From Lysobacterales bacterium (GTDB taxonomy: Bacteria; Pseudomonadota; Gammaproteobacteria; Xanthomonadales; SZUA-36), in the NCBI GenBank assembly GCA_029287515.1, contig JARFQZ010000110.1, positions 1 to 48,562 on the forward strand: DNA of 48,562 nt, written 5' to 3'. A model generated the notes under the pieces. The model searched no databases and had not been told where the DNA came from. It worked only from the letters and a program-made list of their open reading frames with translations. The stretch's first letter is position 1; every line of letters begins with the position of its first letter. Below are positions 46,960-48,562 of this stretch, piece after piece. The translations under genes and the position numbers were made by a program.

Positions 46960-48351
46960 GTGATCAGCATCGTGTGTTACCTGTCGAATCAACAACTGAA
47001 GGATGACCAGCAAGCTGTCCCGCTGTTGCCCGTAAACAAGGGGCGTTTTGAAGTGTGGAAGGCTTCAGCTTCCCCGGCTCACCTGCAATGGGTGGAGAAC
47101 TCGGGCTTTACCGCAACCGCAGGCCAGTCATGCGGTTTACCGGGGGCCAATGGTGAACTGGAGGCTTACCTGGTTGGCGTGAAGGACTCGGGTTTTCTCT
47201 ACAGCCTTTCCAGTCATGCCAATCGCCTGCCTCCGGGAATCTATCGCCTGGAATCAGACTGGTCGCGCGGGGATCGCATCCAGGCCTGCCTTGGTTGGGG
47301 GCTGGCGCTCTACAAGTTTGACCGGTACAAGGGCAATGAAAAACCGGCGCCGTCACTCGTGCTGGACGCAGACGTGGATGAAGCAGTCAGGTCTTTGCAT
47401 GCGGCGCAGTGCCTGGTCAGGGACCTGGTCAATACACCGACCGAACACATGGGCCCTTCCCAGCTGGCCGATGCTGTCGTTAAAGAAGCCGACCGGTTCC
47501 AGGCGCAGACGCACATTGTCGCCGGTGAGGATTTGCTGACGGGCAATTTTCCAGCCATTCATGCCGTGGGCCGTGCTTCCACCCGGGAGCCCCGCCTGAT
47601 CGAGATGAACTGGGGCGAGGAAGATGCTCCGCTGGTGGTGCTGGTGGGCAAAGGCGTCTGTTTCGACACGGGTGGCCTGGACCTGAAATCGGCCGCCGGC
47701 ATGGCCTTGATGAAAAAAGACATGGGTGGCGCCGCGCATGCGCTCGCACTCGCCCGGCTGATGATGGAAAACCGTTTGCCTGTCCGGGTGAAGGTGCTTA
47801 TTTCGGCGGTAGAAAATTCTGTTTCCGGCAACGCTTACCGGCCCGGAGACATCATTCCGACCCGTAAAGGCCTCTCGGTGGAGATTGGCAATACCGATGC
47901 GGAGGGGCGCGTCGTGTTGTCCGACGCGCTGGCCCTTGCCTGTGAATCTTCACCGGACCTGGTGATTGATTTCGCAACCCTGACCGGTGCGGCCAGGATC
48001 GCGTTAGGCCCCGATCTGATGCCGGTGTTCAGTAACCGGGACGAGGTGGCGCAACAAATTCGGCAGGCCGGTGAAGAAGTCGAAGACCCGATGTGGGTCA
48101 TGCCGTTGTTCCAGCCTTACCGGAAACTGATCGAGAGCCCGATAGCGGATATCAACAACAGCGGCAAGAGTTCCTACGGCGGCTGTATCACGGCGGCGCT
48201 TTTTCTCGAGCATTTCGTCGAGCCGGACATTCCCTGGGTTCACATCGATACGTTCGCGTGGAACCAGAGTGACCGGCCGGGGCGGCCGCAGGGTGGCGAA
48301 GCGCTGAGCCTGCGGGCAGTGTATCGATACCTGCAAACCAGGTACGGTTAA
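46960..48351 (+). CDS. M17 leucyl aminopeptidase-family protein
   Basis: VGKGVCFDTGGLDLKSAAGMALMKKDMGGAA and NTDAEGRVVLSDAL are the M17 active-site blocks. The GTG start is provisional (alternative GTG at 46972). Confidence 0.85.
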   Translation: MISIVCYLSNQQLKDDQQAVPLLPVNKGRFEVWKASASPAHLQWVENSGFTATAGQSCGLPGANGELEAYLVGVKDSGFLYSLSSHANRLPPGIYRLESDWSRGDRIQACLGWGLALYKFDRYKGNEKPAPSLVLDADVDEAVRSLHAAQCLVRDLVNTPTEHMGPSQLADAVVKEADRFQAQTHIVAGEDLLTGNFPAIHAVGRASTREPRLIEMNWGEEDAPLVVLVGKGVCFDTGGLDLKSAAGMALMKKDMGGAAHALALARLMMENRLPVRVKVLISAVENSVSGNAYRPGDIIPTRKGLSVEIGNTDAEGRVVLSDALALACESSPDLVIDFATLTGAARIALGPDLMPVFSNRDEVAQQIRQAGEEVEDPMWVMPLFQPYRKLIESPIADINNSGKSSYGGCITAALFLEHFVEPDIPWVHIDTFAWNQSDRPGRPQGGEALSLRAVYRYLQTRYG

Positions 48352-48562
48352 TCAACGGTTCGGGGGGGGAGGGGCTACCGATTCCCTGATGACGAGTTTG
48401 TGCGGGACGATTTCGGGCTCTGTATTGACGCTTCTTCCTTCTTCAATTTCCCTGAACAGCCGGCGCATGACGCGCTCTCCGATCAAGTGGGCGGGTTGGT
48501 GAATGGTAGTCAGGGGCGGATCAAGAATTGCAGCGTAGCGGATATCGTCAAATCCGACCACC
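48352..48562 (-). CDS. LacI-family transcriptional regulator, C-terminal fragment (gene continues beyond the window)
   Basis: VGFDDIRYAAILDPPLTTIHQPAHLIGERVMRRLFREIE is the typical end of the LacI/PurR ligand-binding domain. The N-terminus lies off the window. Confidence 0.7.
   Translation of the reverse strand, partial: VVGFDDIRYAAILDPPLTTIHQPAHLIGERVMRRLFREIEEGRSVNTEPEIVPHKLVIRESVAPPPPNR

Noticed and set aside
48365-48371. A G7 homopolymer at the extreme 3' end of the LacI-family gene, considered as a possible phase-variation tract.
   Set aside because: It encodes the last few residues (PPPP) just before the stop. A slip there would only alter a short C-terminal tail, so there is no indication of contingency-locus behaviour.
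1-48562. A scan of the whole window for CRISPR arrays, rRNA or tRNA genes, IS elements, integrases, prophage or toxin-antitoxin modules, and classic defence-island genes.
   Set aside because: I saw no spaced direct-repeat arrays, no structural RNA signatures, and no transposase, integrase or phage-like ORFs. Intergenic space is too small (the largest gap is about 257 nt) to hide such features.

Overview
This 48.6 kb window is a moderately GC-rich, very tightly packed chromosomal segment. It looks like a gammaproteobacterium, because gene content and local order (gshB, tonB, yqgE and ruvX beside a pilG-chpA cluster) recall Pseudomonas and marine gammaproteobacteria. I call about 48 protein-coding genes. 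I see no rRNA, tRNA, CRISPR array, transposase, integrase or prophage genes.

Most of the window is housekeeping:
- erpA, nudC, btuF, cysQ, nudE, rsmE, gshB, ruvX, trmB, gloA and nhaB
- a metK-ahcY-metF methyl-cycle operon
- a DegP/DegQ-type protease, an M17 aminopeptidase and a truncated LacI-family gene at the right edge

I did not find a convincing new multi-gene system such as a defence island. The points most worth a second look are:
1. A methanethiol-oxidase-type locus (2407-5723). An SBP56/MtoX homologue is translationally coupled to one ORF that fuses a SCO1/SenC-like copper-chaperone domain to a di-haem MauG/cytochrome c peroxidase domain.
2. A pared-down Pil-Chp chemosensory operon (pilG-pilI-pilJ-chpA-chpC, 17271-26257). 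It has no room for pilH, pilK (CheR) or chpB (CheB), and its ChpA is shortened, with three recognisable Hpt motifs.
3. A secreted M23 peptidase carrying two gapless 119-aa tandem C-terminal repeats of an uncharacterised domain.
4. A roughly 59-nt REP-like intergenic repeat present in two full inverted copies plus one remnant. All three sit at convergent gene junctions, and the two full copies differ by a compensatory hairpin change.

All calls rest on reading the translated ORFs and the DNA by eye. No database search was run, so family names are recognition-based and start codons are provisional.
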